Assembly: GCA_963920595.1 (NCBI GenBank)
Contig: OY986948.1
Span: 4,650,001-4,714,000 of the forward strand
Origin: Eimeria praecox
Taxonomy: Eukaryota
DNA length: 64,000 bases
Reading direction: 5' to 3'
Position numbers and translations under genes: made by a program. The first letter of the stretch is position 1. Each line of letters begins with the position of its first letter. Positions 60,766-64,000 of this stretch are shown here, piece after piece. The notes under the pieces are model-generated. The model did no database searches. It was not told the DNA's origin and saw only the letters and a program-made list of their open reading frames with translations.

Positions 60766-63700
60766 ATGCCCACCGAATATGGCAAGATCTTGCTGCAACA
60801 GATAGAGCAGCAGAAACGACAAAGATTGCAGCAACGAGCAGAAGAACGTGGGCTGCCCATCCCTTCTGATGAGCAGCTACGGAATTTATCAAGCACCACG
60901 GCTTTACGCGCCTCCGGTTGGACAGCACCAGCAAGCACACCCGGTAGCGGTGGCGACGCACCACTGGAAGCCGAAGTAACTTCTAGCAGCAGCAGCACTT
61001 TATAGCACTTGCAGCTAAGGTTACAATACAAAGAGCGCCCTTAACACCCAGATGCTGCATCAATCAACCCTTCATTATGGCTCTCTGAGAAGAGTGTAGG
61101 CTCACAGAGCTCGCAGCCCCCTTATGGTCCTTCACCCTCTCGGCGGCATGAGAGAAATGCTCACTCTTCTACCGTGTGCACCATACAATTCAACTGCTCA
61201 GGTAAAAGAGCAAGAGGGGAACTGCGCTTATGCCTCTACAGAGGGCAAGAACAGTGGGCTGCAACGAAAAGCGCCGCAGGAAAGCGTTGACGTGGCTAGT
61301 GCTTTGCAGTCTCTTGCTGCATTGGCTCCGCTGATTGCTCGTCAGCAGCCTTACTTTACTCCTCATGCTGAGGGTATATCGACAGGCAGTATCCCCCCCG
61401 TGGTCCCTGCCCCACTAATCAGCCAGCAGCCACTTCTACTACAACCGACTGCCCTGTTGCATCCGCCCCTCTACCCGCTAGGTCCGCAGCCACTGTCTTA
61501 TCCATTCCACCAGCAAGTCAAGGATCAGAACTTCCTACCAAGACGAAACTCTGGTTCGTTGCAAAGAGTTACTGTTAGTTTATGTTGTGCTGGCTCCCTC
61601 TAAACACACATATCCCAATGTGCCCCTATTATGACGTTGCTCAGTTAGCGGGAACAAAACTAACAACCTCTATTAGCACACCTTCCACATACACCATAGT
61701 AGTACCCGCAATACTAGTCTAGTAAATGATGTCGGGTGTCCTATTCTTGGTCAACGGTGTTGCCCAGAGGAATCAATGCCACGAGAACCTCAGTCCTTCA
61801 ATTCTGCACCAAACAAGGTTAGTGCGCCAAACGGCGCAAAGACTTCAGAAATAATCGGCAACTTCAAAATAACCGCATCCGCGAAACATTTTGTCTGAAT
61901 CTTCTGCATTAGTTCGCACGAAGGGCTATCATCTGCATGCTGCCACCCTTGGAGCTAGGTTTGTGCTAGGCCTTATCAAGACCGCTGGGTCAAACAGTGT
62001 ACGATTTCTAAAGTATCGTATGTGCTGAATACATTATGCGTAGGAGTATTCGGAAAGCAAGGAAATCTTAAACCAGGGAACTCCATCGCTAGGTGGTGCC
62101 TCACTTAACTTTAGTGAAGTAGAACCTAGTCAGCAGCGCCTGAAAGACGCTAAAAAGAAATACCAGGCAGAACTGCTACAGCAGATGCGCGAAAGAGCCG
62201 CAGAGCGTGAGGCTGAAAAAGCAAGGAGAAAAAGAGAAGACGAGGAGGAGAGGATTCGTCTAATCAGGGAAATAGAACAGGAGAGGGTGCGCGGTACAAA
62301 CGAATACAAATGACGCATTCGGGAGAGCTGTGCTTGGCTCCCGAACTTGTGAGAAATAGCCTCCTAGGTTGTCTGTTGGCGTATGCGTTTCGATGCAGCT
62401 TGCAAAGGAAGAAGAAGACGCATTGCAGTTAGTCAGATCAAAGCAGCTCGCTGAAGCCAATGCTGCCACAGTAGGGCCGCCGAAACAGGGGCAACCACGC
62501 CAAGGTCCTGGTGCATCTCTCGACAATGATGTGGGCAGCCGGCCAACGTTAACGGGATTCAAGCGGAATGCGCGCGATCAAGAAGAGCCTGGCCAGCCAT
62601 TCAGTGAAAACACTATTTATGTTCCCCAAGAAATCGAATTTAGGCGAGATTCAGAAAACGGAGGAAGAGAGCACGAAATTCCCTGCGAAAGATTTCCTCA
62701 ACAAATGCCTGCGACTGGCGTTGAAGTTGAACGTTGCCTGCTAATGCGTTTTGAGGCTCTACAAGCTGAAGTGAAATCGCAAACGGAAGAAATGCGCCAC
62801 CTAAAGGATCAGCAGCGTCGTGTGCTTCAGCACATCCATCAGGGTACAGTATTTCGCAATGCATGCTGCGAGCGGCAGTGCTACTCCGCAAATGCAAGCG
62901 ATTCCTGTGTATGGCACCCCGCGACACACCCACGCCACACGGCTATGAACACGAAGACAACCCCTGAACAGCATGTACTTCAAGCGCAATACGCTTTTGT
63001 CACTACGGTCCTAAAAAATGCGGGGATTTCTGATCCGGAAGATATGATGCGACGGCTTGCTGAAAGTGGAGCTATATCAATGAACTGCGATACTGCCTGC
63101 CCTGGAGTGGTGCCCCTGAACAAAGCCTCTTGCCCGTACAGCAGCGCACCACCCGACAGGCAGGGTCAACTAGTAGAAAAGCTTTCTTTATGTGAAGGGC
63201 AGGGGTGTGGGGTACCTCACGTCAGTTCAACCAAGCTGTCCACCGCGCGTGGGCTGAGCAACTCAAGCTGTTACTCAAACCACGAAGCCAAACCAGACGT
63301 TTTGCCGCAACAAGCAAAGGATGAATGCCAAAGCAGCAAAAACGAAGGCACTCAAGCTGAAGATCCGGAGGACCGCCCGCTACCGGCTCTGCTGAAACGC
63401 CAACAAGAGCCAATTCAGAGGAACCGGGAACCGGACCCGCATCTTCGTGATAGTGCGGCTCATCAACAGCAAGAGCCACTACAGGAGCAAACCATAAAAA
63501 CTGTTAACCCCTCAGAGGTGTCTGGAGAAAAGGAAAGTGATACGGCTGCAGGAAATGGCATTCAAACCAAATGGGAAGACAAGCACGAACCACCCGGTAA
63601 ACCTGTAGGGAGGACAAAACTGAGCACCTCTGCTGATACGCCTGCTGACCGGAAATGGCGGTTTAACGAATTATGGGCATGCTTATCTCATGGTTTCCCC

Positions 63701-64000
63701 CCGCCCCCAGCTCTTGGCCCTATCACGCGTGCACCGGATAGGGATCGCGATGATCCAATATCAGTATCCAGTAGCTGGTGCACTACCGAATGCGAGCCTG
63801 AGCTTCCTTGCCAGACTATCTTTGTACCGCACACATCGGATTTCACGACTCCAAGTGCCAGCAAACGACTACAGCAAGGCGTGGCAAGGCAGGGAGAAAA
63901 TTTTCCAAAGGACGGGTGGCTCCCAAGTAGCCAAATGGAAACGCTAGAAGAGTCTACTGCCCAGACATATATGCCTGAAGTGCACGGCCACCTCAGCAGG
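60766..64000 (+). CDS. Multi-exon coiled-coil protein, CSPP1/CCDC66-like motifs; 3' end unresolved, probably beyond window
   Basis: MPTEYGKILLQQIEQQKRQR and KDAKKKYQAELLQQMRERAAEREAEKARRKREDEEER (~62130-62285) resemble the YxxxLxxQIxExx repeats of centrosome/axoneme proteins; Pro/Gln-rich segment 61200-61520. Confidence 0.45.

Noticed and set aside
1..64000. CRISPR arrays, rRNA, tRNA
   Set aside because: No repeat-spacer structure or recognisable structural RNA seen; a tRNAscan/Infernal run would be needed to exclude small RNAs.

Overview
Eukaryotic, intron-rich genomic DNA from a coccidian apicomplexan, most likely Eimeria or a close eimeriid. This is inferred from the CAG/GCT homopolymer codons, interstitial AAACCCT repeats, TGCATGC motifs, Ty3/gypsy relics and a RON2 paralogue. 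Bases 1-~3.9 kb are an AT-rich, microsatellite-rich segment holding the 5' part of a CBM20 phosphoglucan/glucan water dikinase gene (minus strand). The rest is repeat-poor. It holds two decayed Ty3/gypsy LTR-retrotransposon copies of one family, a ~4.3 kb direct segmental duplication, a large multi-exon clostripain (C11)-LNR-EGF membrane protein gene, a metaxin-like gene, a sporozoite-type RON2 (RON2L2-like) gene, and a head-to-head pair of probable flagellar/microtubule genes. The main finding is not visible as any single ORF. A 10-exon minus-strand gene (22215-24759) splices in phase into a ~366 aa protein with an N-terminal WWE domain and a complete Regnase-1/Zc3h12a-type NYN (PIN-like) ribonuclease domain. 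It lies in the duplicated block, head-to-head with a lineage-specific membrane-protein gene, and the two block copies show reciprocal loss: copy A keeps the membrane gene and copy B keeps the WWE-NYN gene. All gene models were spliced by eye and all family calls come from motif recall; no searches were run.
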